DNA of 35,378 nt from Octopus bimaculoides (Eukaryota), in contig NC_068982.1 in the NCBI RefSeq assembly GCF_001194135.2, positions 25,510,695 through 25,546,072 of the forward strand. Reading direction: 5' to 3'. This document shows, piece after piece, positions 11,737 to 25,476 of this stretch (position 1 is its first letter; each line of letters begins with the position of its first letter). The translations under genes were made by a program, and so were the position numbers. The notes below the pieces were generated by a model that ran no database searches, was not told the DNA's origin, and saw only the letters and a list, made by a program, of their open reading frames with translations.

Positions 11737-12479
11737 GGGGGAATTCTATAGCACTTTGCCAGTAATAATGTATGTTCGAGTTCTGAACTTTTAATAATAC
11801 TTTCAAGAAACAAAATCGAAACTAATTCTCATCTTTGAAAGATTCTACCGGAAATATATCACGTATAATCTTGTACGGTGCGTTAATAAGATGTCCCGGT
11901 GCCTCTTTTCTATTAGGCTACACTCCTGTGGTCTTCATCTCATTCGCACATTAACTACATGCATTCCTTTTCTTTCGTTTTTCTTCTCGTATTTTCAAAA
12001 CAAGATTAGTTCTGTTAAGCTACTCCTCCATAGAATTAGCATAAACCAGAAATCTCCAAACACATACTAATCTGGGCAAGGTTAGTGATTTACAGAATTT
12101 TCTATATTCCTTATTGACACTCCTTCTGAAGAGGGTACTCGTGGACTTCTACAGAATTCAAGGATGGACATATCACCGGCCACATAAGCTACGTGGTGTG
12201 CACTGTGAGCACCTAAAATCATCCCAGATATCAGGAACGCAGTTTCGTTTCATCTTGACACCGGGGTGCAGCGCCATCAAAGAGACAAATTTCGTAAAAT
12301 GTGCCTCTCAAATGACTAGTAAACATTATAACCGTCAAGAAACGGCGAATGCTAATGTAATTGCAAATTTGTTGGGTTGGGTGATAAGATAAATACAAAA
12401 AAGGGACCAATGGCCTGATGGTAAAGATGTATAAACGAAGATCAGCAGGTAAATAATCTGGACCAATGGTAATAGAGTC

Positions 12480-13700
12480 AGTATTAGTATGCAGAAAAGA
12501 AATGTAGATCAGAGGATATGTATAACACAGGAGAAAAGGAATCGGGACAACATTGAAAGAAATAAAGTACAGAGTAATGGCATAAGTTACCAAAAACAGA
12601 GAATACGAAGATAGAAACAACCAATATAAGTAAAATCGTCATTTTCAGTTAAACCGGAAAAGTCTAATTGATATTTTGAATGATATGAGAGAAATAATAG
12701 TATAAGAGCAAGGCCTGAAGAAAGCAGATTATTTGGAAAACTGGGATAAAATGCCAAATGAAATATTAATAAATGGATAGGAAAGAAGATTTCTCAAAGG
12801 ACCCGTTTGCAGATTATGCAAGAAACAAAGCTGATGAAACGGAAAGAGAAAATAGGAATAGACTTTTATTAATGAATGATTTAAGCTTTGTGGCTAACAG
12901 AAAAATCAACTAAACTCTTGGTGCAAATGTTATATTTAGTAACTCTCTTCAGATGGATTTGGGAATCGAGGAATGGACTATGATAGGGATGAATCGGTGA
13001 AAATCGATAAAAAGTCATAGAACAAATCTAGCGATGAGAACATTAAATTGTTAACTGCATAAAAAATATCCAGAAATGCTGGAAATCAACAAAATTAAAG
13101 TATAGAAATGAAGGAAAACCTCATAAAAAAATATTAATTTTGCAGAATGAAGAAACTAGAATTCACATGAAATGCGAGAAAATCATGCAGTGAACTGTGA
13201 CAATTATTCCCGATACAAGAGTGATGGTATGAAGAAGCAATGATCGGAAGGATAGCGACAGGAAAACAAAGAAACAGTTTACGATGTCCAGAAGTATGTT
13301 TTCAAAAAGAAGAAAATACTGAAAATACAAAATCAACTTTTCAAAGAAATATGCTTTCGCCAGCGCTTTTCATGAACTAAGGTTTGGAAATGGACTATTG
13401 AAGAAAACAAACTCTGAATGAATGATTTTGGTAGCGCAGGAGCAGATCTTAAGGCTAAACGGAATGAAAAGAGTGATAGCTCAACAAGTCTGTTGGTCGA
13501 AATATTGAGTATGATGACTCAGATGAGACTATAACTGACATTGAGTTGGAATGACCACAGTTAACTTAGAAGAAATACACAGTGACGCTAAGATTACGGA
13601 AATAATCACTGGAATATGAAAACAAGTTTAAAGTTGAAATATTGAAAGAGCACTCAAATGATAAATATTAATGGTAAATAACTGCACAAATAATAAAGTC
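12480..13700 (+). pseudogene. Highly decayed R4/Dong-like (RLE) non-LTR retrotransposon ORF: RT to CCHC region
   Basis: Frame-shifted motifs occur in the expected order: NRLLLMNDLSF at 12857 (cf. NHLLFMDDLKLF), IFSNSLQMDLGIEEW at 12932 (cf. IFSxDIxMEFGIEKC), EMKENLIKKY, ILVAQEQILRLN at 13425 (cf. ILAAQEQALRTN), YDDSDETITDIELE*PQL at 13510 (cf. CGxxDETIxHIVSECPxL), HW at 13607. Boundaries are approximate. Confidence 0.7.
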
Positions 13701-15019
13701 AGAGACATTTGATACGTATAAACAATGAGGAACCATATATTTTGTACTGCACAAGCCACGTGAAAGTATTACACATATATTTAATTAATATTGCTCAATA
13801 TAGCGTCCATCGATGAACGACCTCTGGAAACATACCATTATAATGTACTGAGCTGAATATATGTGTAAACATAAAGTACGTACAGAGAGAAATAGCTGAA
13901 GCAACTGTAAGTACATTGCACTTAGATGTTGAGCATAGAAGGGCGATACTAATGATAAAAACAGAACAAAATCTGTCGCTCTTAGGCAGAATCTGAACAT
14001 TTCCCTTGCGGCCATTCAATGCTACAGACGATAGTGAATAAATATAAATAACCTAGACCGTTGAGATAATGCATATCTAGGTTATAACTCAGCAGTGCAT
14101 AGGATGCATCAATTCCCATGGCTATGTGCTGTATAGTCTTCGTATGCATGGACATATAAAATTTCAAACAATATTATTGTGGGTTGCATAATTCAATTAG
14201 CTAAATATTCAACCTACGTGACATATGCTTAATTGAGGAGAACTGCTTAAACTCTACATACCAACCACATTGTTCGAGGTAACATGGTATATGCGTGGTC
14301 ACCGAAAGTAAGAAATAATTAATGGATTAGACCAGATAACAAATACAAAAGCAACGCGTGAATCTAATATATTTCTTAGAGACAAAATATCAACGAAATA
14401 TAGTAATATGTACTTTCTAACCGATATCTACAAAACATCTACAGGTTGGATTTAATGAAAATATTAGTGGGCCAATATTGAAACGGAATGATATGAATTT
14501 AAAGATATGCCAGTGGAGTACAAAATAAACATAATCAATGTCGTCACTCTAATAAGTCATACGCATTACATAGATAATGAATCATGTATCTGTTTTATCA
14601 ATCATAATTGGTTAGCAGTCTTTCAAAAACCAATTTCCACAATGTTGACAACTTGTTAGATTCAGTCAGAATCATTGAACATGTGTATGTATACTCATGT
14701 CTGCGCAAAGACACATATATACATAATATATATGTTTGTATTTTTGTAGGTATGTATGAATGTATTTCATAATAAATATATTTATATCACATATGTTATC
14801 TTTTCTTTCCACTTACGCCAAATCAATTTATCTGTTATTACTCATTTGAAATGTTTATAAGAAAATTGACTCTGTCTAATGTAATGTTACTAAAATGGTA
14901 AATTAAGAAATAGCACTAATAAAACCAAGTATTATTTGTATATTTGCGAGCTTATCTTGATGTCAAACAAACCTTATTATTAGATCTATAACGTTACTAT
15001 ATNNNNNNNNNNNNNNNNN

Positions 15020-15050
<31 letters not shown>

Positions 15051-15464
15051 GAATATATGACCAATATAGAATCTTATAAGATACGAAAGTTTTCTTCAGA
15101 ATACTAAAAGCAAACCAATGCAATCAATGCATTTCTAATAATATATATTTGAAAACTTCTTTCATTGTGCTCTTACGATCTAAAGTATACAGAAAAATAT
15201 AGAGGCCTATAATATTTGATACATACTTACAGTTAATATCAAAATATTCTACCATATGTATTTCTACAGCAAGAATGAAATGCCTTAATAATTTAGTATT
15301 GTAACATGGGTTGTATTTATAATAAGCTGATTCTAGAATGCATCATGATTTCTAATAAATTCCAGCAAAAACAGAACATAAATCAGCCGCAAACCCAAAT
15401 TAAATTCCTTTCAGTTCACTACACTCATAAGAGAGCGGTTGTGAGGTATTATCATTTGAGTGGA

Positions 15465-15689
15465 AAGGTGGTTAGCTGGCAGAATCGTTAGCATGCCGAG
15501 CAAAGCCTTTAAGTGGTATTTCGTCTGCCGCTACGTTCTGAGTTCAAATTCCGCCGAGGTCGACTTTGCCTTTCATCATTTCGGGATCGATAAATCTAGT
15601 ACCAGTTGAGTGCTGGGAGTCGATCTAACCGATTAGCCCTCTCCCCAAAAATGTCAGGCCTTGTGACAATAGAAGAAAGGATTATTATT
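15465..15689 (+). mobile_element. tRNA-derived SINE family 1 (octopus OR-like), near full length
   Basis: A-box-like agctggcagaatcg, B-box-like gagttcaaattcc, and body cgccgaggtcgactttgcctttcatc shared with the copies at 22817-23250; ends in attattatt. Confidence 0.85.
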
Positions 15690-15720
15690 GGGGTGGAACA
15701 GGAATTCAAGTTCTTAATTT

Positions 15721-15820
15721 TTGAACTCAAATACTGCCGATGTAGACTTTATCTTTTTTTCATTCTGAGGTCGATAAAGTTACTGTGACGTACAAAGGTC
15801 GATGTTCTACGCCCTTCTCA
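15721..15820 (+). mobile_element. Degraded partial SINE family 1 copy
   Basis: gaactcaaatactgccgatgtagactttatc resembles gagttcaaattccgccgaggtcgactttgcc. Confidence 0.5.
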
Positions 15821-16469
15821 ATTAGAATTGACTAAGCGACAGCCAAAGAAATTCAGGGCGAATCATTCAAAAAGTCGCTTTTCTAAAGAAGCTGACTGAT
15901 TCGAGATGTACCAAATTTTTCTCACTTTGGATGCTGAAAATAGGGGAAAAGAACAAGGGAACAAGATTGGAAATGGGGACAAGTGTGTTATTAAACACAG
16001 TCACTTAACAAGGATATTAATATCATATTAGAAACAACGTCACATATACATATTTTTTTAGGTTAGAAGAATATAAATACCCATTTAATTCAAACATTAC
16101 CTTTGAATATGTCAGTAAATATCATATTATAGTGTTGCTGACGTCAGCAAATATAGTTTAGAAGATTTGTAATATATTTTTCGATTAGCACTTGCTAAAT
16201 GTCTACAATATTTCCTTGCACGCAAGCTCGATGGCAATTAAAAGACATTGAAATGGAAATTGAGTAGAAACGTTAGAGTATTAAGAGCGCAAATGTATCA
16301 GTTACGAACAACATTTGCTCCTTCGTTAATTTTATTGGTACTTATTTCAACCATAAACTGATTTTAAATTCGAAACAATAATTTAAGCTGAAACATTTCT
16401 AAACATAATATTAGAGAAAAAATTAGAAACCATGCTGCTGGATTTATGAATACATATGCATACACACAT

Positions 16470-16601
<132 letters not shown>

Positions 16602-16742
16602 AATCCAAACATGAACAAGCAAGAAAAAATACGAATAAACAGGAACGCGAGGTTGTGGAATAAGTACAGTGTTATTGGAAAGAAAAGAAAGAGGATTTCA
16701 CGTTACGAGCGGATATATATATGTGTGTGTGTGTGTGTGTAT

Positions 16743-17068
16743 GTGCTCAGTGGTTAGAGCGTCTAGCTTACGATCGCGAGATTGTGAGTTCGAATCCCAG
16801 GCCGGGCTGCATGTTGTGTTCTTGAGCAAGACACTTCATTTCACGTTGCTCCAATTCATTCAGGTGTCGAAATGAGTTACGACGTCACAGGTGCCAAACT
16901 CTATCGGCTTTTGCCTTTCCCTTGGATAACTCTGGTGGCGTGGAGACGGGGGACCGGTATGCATGGGCAACTGCTGGTCTTCCATAAACAACCTTGCTTG
17001 GACTTGTGCCTCGGAGGGTAACTTTCTGGGTGCAATCCCATGGTCAGTCATGACCGAAGGGATTCTCA
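16743..17068 (+). mobile_element. tRNA-derived SINE family 2 with CORE/V/Meta-like central domain
   Basis: A box tgctcagtggttag, B box gagttcgaatccc, central gtgttcttgagcaagacacttcatttcacgttgctcca; a second copy lies at 22491-22719. Confidence 0.85.
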
Positions 17069-17077
17069 GCATACATA

Positions 17078-17132
<55 letters not shown>

Positions 17133-18597
17133 ATGGATGGACGGATGGATGGATTCTTTTGTGTAGGTAAATATACAGTCCTTCAGGAACCCACACGTAT
17201 GGTTATTTTCATTTATATATGATGGGTTTCATCACTATTTCGGTCTTGTAAATTCCTCTCACAAGCTAGCTTCGACACGAGTATATAGTAAAAGTAATTT
17301 TCTCAATGTTTCAGTCAGTGAAACCGGAATCCTAAAATGTAGGTTATGAAGTGAATTTTTGAACCATATAGCAATGTCTTTGCATTGATATACCGAAAGT
17401 ATAGTTATAATCTTGCGTATGCGCATAACTCAAAATGCTAACATGCTAGACAAATTCTGAGTGCGAATTCGGAATCAGCATCCTCGATTTAGTCTAAAAT
17501 ACATGTTTTACACTAGTAGCAAATTCTTTGTTGTCTAGAGGAATCAGCAACAAAATCTTTTTAACGGTCAACTTTACTTACAAACGGTCAGTTGATCTAA
17601 ATTTGGACTATCAACAAGGTCATTAGACCTGCTATACATTACAGGTAATGCTCCACGAAATGAAACATGTTTAGATAGTGGAATTGCACACTGGAAGATT
17701 TTGAGAAGGCACAATTATGGTTACCTTTGAAACACCTTCGCGAAGCTTTATAAAACGGATCGTTGACTAATAGCCACTGTATTCTAATTTTGTTTCGCTT
17801 TCTTTTGTCTTATTTTGATTGTGTTGTTTTTATTTGTTTTTTATGTTATTATTCCCCTGTGTCGTAAGTGGGTTACCTGTTCTGGCGCTGTGTTAGTTTT
17901 GTCGATAGAATTTTATTAAATTTACTGTCGATACTCTTCTCAGAGTTTATCAGAGCCAATCTTTTCAAAAGGTCAGGGAAGTATTATTAGTTTAAAATAA
18001 TGTAATTTTGCTTGCCATGGTATGTGTTCGAATTTTACGCTTTCAAGAAGTTTAAAACTATGGAAGGAGATCGGAGTCATAATCGAAAATTTTAAAGCAA
18101 TAAGACAATAGTATGAAAATCAATTAAATTTATGAAGTAATAAGAATATTTATAAAACATGGTAATCCTAGAGCCCTGCAAGTTAATATAAAGAGCCATA
18201 GAGATATTGATTTTCTGACCTAGAATCTTTACGAATGATGCATTTCTCAAACAATGCAGCAATATTTTCTTGTACAGCATTCCTTATGTTTTGTAAGATA
18301 TATTTTCATGAAATCTAAGTTATTTATAACATTTGTTGCTTGAACCAAGATTTTTCTTATCAATGAATCATGTCCTCTATTTAGAAATTAGCTTATGTTT
18401 TGTGTGATAAATGTCACTGATATAACTATAAACAGATACACGTGAAAGTGTAACACATGCACTTCACATACATGCACATTCAAATAAACTATACATATGT
18501 TTTTTTATATATAAACATATAAGCACATATGTGGGCTGTGCATACATGTGAATATTATGTGTGCACGCGCGGATGTGTGTGTGGGCAGACAGGCAGG

Positions 18598-18615
18598 CAG
18601 ATAGATAGATAGATG

Positions 18616-18664
<49 letters not shown>
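18598..18664. repeat. (GATA)n tetranucleotide repeat
   Basis: Direct reading. Confidence 0.95.
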
Positions 18665-20599
18665 TTGATGGACGGCATAGTGTAGGCATGACTGTATGGG
18701 CAGTTAAGATGTTTGTTCCGCAAACAAATTACGTTCTCTACGACAAAAATCCAATGCTGCTGCAAGGCACATTGACACAATGTCTTCTACCTTAATCTAA
18801 AGTTTTCCGACATCTTGTGTTTGAGATATAATGAGCGGGAAGGGAAACTAAATTATCACGAGATGTTTATTGAACATCACTTTAGGGAATCTCACTTGGC
18901 TATTGCTGACAGGAATACAGTGAGCCAGTGACCAGCTTGTTGGAAACTTACAACCAAGCATGATTTCATAATATGTTTCCATTGTGTTAAATAATTCAAT
19001 TATGTGTTCGATTTCACTTAACAGTTTAGGATTGTTCAAAGTGTAACACACGAACACATGCCCCGACAGACAAACTATTATTGGTAATTTGGAATACTGT
19101 AATGGTTTATTAGTAATTCTGTTCAAAACTGCAGGAAGACATTTTAAAAAATAAACACATTTTAGAAGCATTCATTTTATTGGAGTTTCTCTGCAAGCTA
19201 AAATATCTATAGTCTTGCTATGAAATGAAACATAGTGGATATTAAGACTATGGTGAAGATGTCTTACTCACTACCCTTGGAGAATACTTTAGATTAACAG
19301 GTTATCCCAAAGTTATCAGAGATTACTGTGCTTGTATTTTAATCCCAACGCAACTTGGTCGGGCAGATCAATGATCAAAGGTATTCCATACGAACTGAGC
19401 TGTCTCTTTAGGAGTATTTTTAATGGATTACAATATCAGGTATTTTTTGTATTTAGATTATGTGGAATGCTTTCACGAGATTTCGCTGCTAGTTTTAAAA
19501 TAGCCATCGAAACTTAATAAGAACGATGCTCTTCAGAAAATATCTATGATTAGCAGGTTAATCCTTTAGAGTAAATTTACTTGCCAGTATTTAAATTGAA
19601 GGCTGTTGAATTTATGAAATATACGCCTACTAATCTATTTTTCATTGCACCTGACCTAAGGATCGACAATTTTATGAGCAAAATACTTAAGCCTCACCTC
19701 AAAGTTTACGTATGCCTGTAGACAGAAATCAGTCCTGCAGAACGTTGTAGTGATGTTTACGGAAGCGCTGCTTTGGTTACCATATCTGAACACCATTTCT
19801 TCTGTGCATCATAGATTATTTGAACACTTATTGAAACAACAAGTCGTGTACCCGAGTACCGAGACGTGGACTAGATTAGAATACAGGAAAATAATATATT
19901 ATCTTTAAAAATATTAACGTTTCAAAATGACTATTTCCTCGGAATACAGTGAATGCCACGAAGATTTCGTCAAGTAATGTATATCAGTCGTGCAATCTTT
20001 ACATATGAGGAAATACCAACTGACCATGGCATCCTTTCGCAGTTCTTTAAATGCTCTTTCTACTGATAACACGATTTCACAATCTACGAAGCAAAAATAT
20101 CAAACTACAAAATTTCCCTTATTTCTGTTAAGCATTTGGCTAAGTTTTGCGTTAAATATCAAGGGTCTCTCCTGAATAAGATATAATTTATTATGAACAA
20201 TCAAGTCTTTTCCCAACCGATCACCACATGAACATTCTAGCCATGACTAACAACAGTAAAGGAAAGCAAGCGCACATCCAATGAATTCTGAAAATAAACA
20301 GCACTCAAATCAAAGGATAATAGAGGATATAGTCTAAAACCCCATCGTTTGCATCAAGTCCAGAATGGAAATGTAGATGAATATGTTGTATCGGCTGGAA
20401 CGAATAAATCAGTAGTAATTACATTAGAAAAATGAGATCTAAATAAATTTAAGGACATTGTTTCGTAAATTCCACAAATAAAACAAAAAAAAATGCGTTC
20501 ACATAAATGTACACTTTAAATTTATTTTCTTTCCCAAAACATCACTGGACCCGATGTTAACGTAAATTTTGTTAGAATGCCTGAATGCAAGATTACTTA

Positions 20600-21170
20600 A
20601 GAAGATATATGCTTAAAATCAAAAAGTAATATACCAGATATAGATTTATAAAACATAAATTAATGCATAAGGGAAATACGATTAACGAAAATATCATAAA
20701 ACAACTTCGAAAACTTTACCACGGAGATAGGTATAGCGTCATGGCAAAGAACAAAATCGATAATACCATAGTTACAAAATGCAATATGCGTTGCAGCACG
20801 ACACCTACAAAAATATGGAGACATTTTTTATCAAAATTTCAATCAAGAAGTACCGAAAATTAAATGTCTTGTAATGGTAATAATCTAAAGATGGCAATAT
20901 TTAACGAATTAAAAATGTACCTTAATATGACTTAGCCAAGAGCTTTCAAATACAACATTTGATAATAAATCAGCAAAATTATAAAACGAATATTATATTA
21001 GACCATCATGGGCATACAGTAGATAGTTGTGAACGATAAATTTTGCACTGAACTCAACGTATTAATATTTCAGTTACAATGGTCACAGAGGCAAACGGGT
21101 ACCTTCTGAAAACGTCTCTTATAGAAATATGTAAAACAAACAAATAATATGGAAAAGAAAGGTATAGAGA
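20600..21170 (+). pseudogene. Possible decayed LINE RT remnant (RTE-like)
   Basis: The A-rich strand gives NENIIKQLRKLYHGDRYSV..TKCNMRCSTTP (cf. IIKxIxxLY..GLRQGCxLSP) followed by KIKCLVMVI (cf. KRKCxGMGI). Weak, by eye only. Confidence 0.3.
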
Positions 21171-22437
21171 TTTATGATCAAGATCTGAAAATGTCACTTC
21201 AATGGATCACGAAAATGAATAGAATCTGAACAAGAAACACTAGAAAAACTACAAACAATATTTGCAGGAAAACAAAATGCAAAATAGATGTTTCAAATAC
21301 TCATGTGGATAGAAATCCAGCATACACAGCAAAGACATGATTAATTTACAAATAAAAATAATATCAATTAATTAGCAGAAAGATTTTAATGGTCTTCCAC
21401 ATATGCAACAAAAGTAAAGGTTATGAAACAATGCTAACAACGCTCTATAGGAATCGCATTATATTGATATCAAAAATCAGCCTACCTACTAATTGGTATG
21501 GTTCTTCAAGTTGATCTGGTAATGCGATAGTTATATGTTTCGAAAAGGGTTCAATAAAAAAACAGATAACAGTAACTGTAATTAAAATACAGCTTTCAGG
21601 CATTTATATAGAAAGATATTCACAAAGGAGAATTAAATGAATATAACAAAGTGTCTAGTATAGGGTTACGAAAATGACTGATAAACAATAAGGATAATTA
21701 TTAATCACCTGAATAAAACCAAAGTTGTTTTTGAACTTGAGAAAAGGAACACAGATATAGAATAGATTAGAAATGAAATAACTGAGAATAGTCAGAATGT
21801 TGAGAGATTTAATTAAAATAGAAATGAAACACTAATGCAAAGAAAAAACTTCTTTTTAACAAATCCCAGAAATAGGGAGTAAAATGAATGTAGTACAATC
21901 TTAAGTACATTTTCTCTAAAGCTAAGAAAAATGAACGTTTACGTTGCAACAGCAAAACCAAAATCTTCTCATTTATAAAGAATGTTACGAAAATTAATGA
22001 GAAACTCAGTTTGAGGTTTATAAAGTATTAAACATTCAAGTTGTTTTGGGCGAGCAATCTTAACTAACATTGAATGAATAAATATAATTATCGAGTTAGC
22101 TTGTTTCCTTCACATGAAAATATTTTAACGTGAAATACTGTCATGCAACATATGGTAAAAAGATACATCATAATCTTATATCAACTAAAGAGGAAGACAT
22201 TTTCATATCTTTAAATTTCACGCTAACAGGCTCTATCATCAAATAGGTTGCCTGCGAAAATTCCTCTTACTGATGCATTTACAGGTGAAAAACCAAAGTT
22301 ATGAAAGTATAAAATCTTCTTATTTAATAAATATGTCCAAGAAACCAAGCGTACCTACACACACTCACATATAAATACATACAATCACACATATACACCA
22401 CACACTCACGCAAACACTGAGTCATATATAACGCAGG

Positions 22438-22476
<39 letters not shown>

Positions 22477-22490
22477 GTATATGAAGTAGA

Positions 22491-22719
22491 CCCCTTCGAT
22501 CATGAATGACCAGGAGATTACACCAAGAGAGTTCCCCTCCAAAGAACAGGTCCAGACAAGGTTGTTTATGGAAGACCAGCAGTTGCTTGGCACCAGTGAC
22601 GTCGCAACGCACTTCCACAGCTGAGTGAAATGGAGCAACGTGAAATAAAGTGTCTTGCTCAAGAGCACTACACAAAGCCCGGTCTGGGAATCGAGCTCAC
22701 TACCTGGGAATCGAGCTCA
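22491..22719 (-). mobile_element. SINE family 2 copy with internal deletion
   Basis: rc matches 16785-17065, but ggtgccaa is joined directly to gcaactgctgg (about 75 bp lost relative to the first copy). Confidence 0.85.
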
Positions 22720-22816
22720 AGTTTGTGAATGAGAGAGAGAGAGAAAGAGAGAGAGCGGGAGAGAGAAAGAGAGAGCAAAACCTTGGGTCTCACTAAAGAT
22801 CTCGTAGTGTTTTCTA

Positions 22817-23022
22817 CATTCTTTTCTACTCTAGGTACAAAGTCCGAAATTTTTAGGGAGATGGGGGGGGGCAGCTGATTACATCGACTCCAGTACGCAA
22901 CTGGCACTTAGTTTATCAACCCCGAAAGATGAAAAGCAAAATCAACCTCGGCGGAATTTGAACTCAGAACGTAAATATAGACGAAATACCGCTAAGCATT
23001 TCGCCCAGCGTGTTAACGTTTC
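22817..23022 (-). mobile_element. SINE family 1, tail type X, 5'-clipped
   Basis: rc matches 15465-15689 including the tail ..aaaatttcggactttgtacctagagtagaaaagaat. Confidence 0.85.
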
Positions 23023-23250
23023 TTCTTTCTTTATTGCCCACAAGGGGCTAAACATAGATCGGACAAACAGGGACAAAGGGATTAAGTCGATTACATCGGC
23101 CAGTGTGTAACTGGTACTTAATTTATCAACCCCGAAAGGATGAAAGGCAAAGTTGACCTCGGCGGAATTTGAACTCAGAACGTAACAGCAGACGAAATTC
23201 CGCTAGGCATTTCGACCGGCGTGCTATCGTTTCTGCCAGCTCGCTGCCTT
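23023..23250 (-). mobile_element. SINE family 1, tail type Y, full head
   Basis: rc begins aaggcagcgagctggcagaaacgatagcacg. It has the same body but a different tail: ..ccctttgtccctgtttgtccgatctatgtttagccccttgtgggcaataagaaagaa. Confidence 0.85.
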
Positions 23251-23337
23251 GGTGTGTTTTCTATATTGAGAATCTCTGGATCCCGTCTGTTGACTCTCTC
23301 TTGCTTTCTCTCTTTTCTCTCTTTCTCTCTTGATTTG

Positions 23338-23385
<48 letters not shown>

Positions 23386-23889
23386 NNNNNNNNNNNNNNN
23401 NNNNNNNNNNNNNNNNNNNNNNNNNNNNNNNNNNNNNNNNNNNNNNNNNNNNNNNNNNNNNNNNNNNNNNNNNNNNNNNNNNNNNNNNNNNNNNNNNNNN
23501 NNNNNNNNNNNNNNNNNNNNNNNNNNNNNNNNNNNNNNNNNNNNNNNNNNNNNNNNNNNNNNNNNNNNNNNNNNNNNNNNNNNNNNNNNNNNNNNNNNNN
23601 NNNNNNNNNNNNNNNNNNNNNNNNNNNNNNNNNNNNNNNNNNNNNNNNNNNNNNNNNNNNNNNNNNNNNNNNNNNNNNNNNNNNNNNNNNNNNNNNNNNN
23701 NNNNNNNNNNNNNNNNNNNNNNNNNNNNNNNNNNNNNNNNNNNNNNNNNNNNNNNNNNNNNNNNNNNNNNNNNNNNNNNNNNNNNNNNNNNNNNNNNNNN
23801 NNNNNNNNNNNNNNNNNNNNNNNNNNNNNNNNNNNNNNNNNNNNATATATATATACATATGTACATATATATATACATATATACATATT

Positions 23890-23951
<62 letters not shown>

Positions 23952-23952
23952 A
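23338..23952. repeat. (TA)/(TG)/(CA) microsatellites around gap (N 23386-23844)
   Basis: Direct reading. Confidence 0.9.
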
Positions 23953-25387
23953 ATATATGAGAGAGAGAAACCACATTTGGCAACAAAAGAAGGGAGACAC
24001 AATATCGTTGGAAATATAGGAATACACTGGCTTAGTGCATTTATGCTTATGATTTTCCTTCGGGATCTTAAGAGTCATAGAATATAACAGACTTTTCTGC
24101 ATTACCCATACATGGGAAATTAAATCACCCAGTCAACCACTATCAGTCATCGACACAGAAGCATCAAGAAGAAAATATCCTTTTGACATACACATCAAAC
24201 ATTTGATAATTTAATGAGGTATCGCAGCGCAGTCATTGTCTAAACGAAATCTGACGCTCAGTATCAAAAATGAGCTTATCCAATGCCTTAAGGAGGTACA
24301 ATGCAGGTATCTTTGGACAAAAGATACAGTGAAAAACAATAGCAGCATGCAACAATTACAACTGGTCTCCAGCACCATAAAATGAAAACCTTCAAAAATA
24401 TATATAATACACAATCTTGCTTAGAATGAATAAACCTTTTTTAAAGGGCGCTTGACGCAGCACTGCTGTTCATTACGTTATGCTCAAACAAGAAACCAAC
24501 ATAAATATTTCTAAGTTCTTTGACCTCTGATTCATTGCATAAATCCTGCCACCCGTATCAAGAGAAGAAGAACAAAGCTCATTTCAGCATGCCAACATAG
24601 GTCAAATGTCGTGCTAATGAACTTCAGATCATATGCACAGACAGTTTATTAACTTTAAATAGGATTCCACCAACAAAACCAACCACTACATAATCCGTTA
24701 CAATTCTAATCGCATCACACATTCAACCATGTGATTAGCCTAAAAGCGAACACATCTGAATGAAAATATACAGAATATCAGCAAAGAACAGAACAATTAG
24801 TGAGTAGTCTTCTAATCACTTTTCTGAGAATGTTTCTTTTCCTTTCGTTCCAAACTGATGGTCAGACTGATCCGAGTATTTGCTTGCGGCAGTATATCTC
24901 ATCTTGGGAAGCACACTGGCAGGCCAATTGAACTTGGTTGAGAGTAGCTTTATGAAATATATAAATGGTTTGTCACATTATGGGTATAAATGCTACGTTT
25001 TTGCGGACTGTGGAAAGATAAACCCAACTATCAATTGTGAAAATTCAGTGATAAGAATGGCAATATACAGCAACGTCAAGCTGGGTGGCATACCTTAAAG
25101 TACGGAAGTGACATTCAGTATCTACCATATAACGATGTCTCCAACCGCAGTTTCACTACTGAGGGAGTTGACACATGAGAAAGTGAGATTAATCTCGCAG
25201 CACAACTACTTTTCTTCAGAAAAGGCCTTGCTCAGCACAAGTCGAGCCTCAAAACTCTAGAAATCACAAACTGAAATGTTTTACTCTTTCTGTCAAAGTG
25301 CGTTTTCAACATGAAAATACTGACATTTACATAGTTCCGTTAAGCACATGTACACAGTATGTGTAGTACATGAAGGAGCAGTAATGC

Positions 25388-25476
25388 GTATGTATGTATG
25401 TATGTATGTATGTATGTATGTATGTATGTATGTATGCATGTATGCATGTATGTATGTATGTATGTATGTATGTATG
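25388..25476. repeat. (TATG)n running into gap (N 25477-26067)
   Basis: Direct reading. Confidence 0.95.

Noticed and set aside
16743-16815. tRNA gene-like A/B boxes
   Set aside because: Continues into a SINE body, and no cloverleaf acceptor stem or terminator is evident; it is a SINE head, not a tRNA gene.
18848-19171. Minus-strand ORF containing GCKFPTSWSLAHCIPV, reminiscent of the CR1/L2 FPxxWKxAxxIP motif
   Set aside because: The expected downstream NYRPISL motif is absent; a single short match is not enough.
24240-24390. KNELIQCLKEV resembling the hAT transposase QNELI motif
   Set aside because: No following FSI.DE motif, no TIRs, and a stop shortly after.
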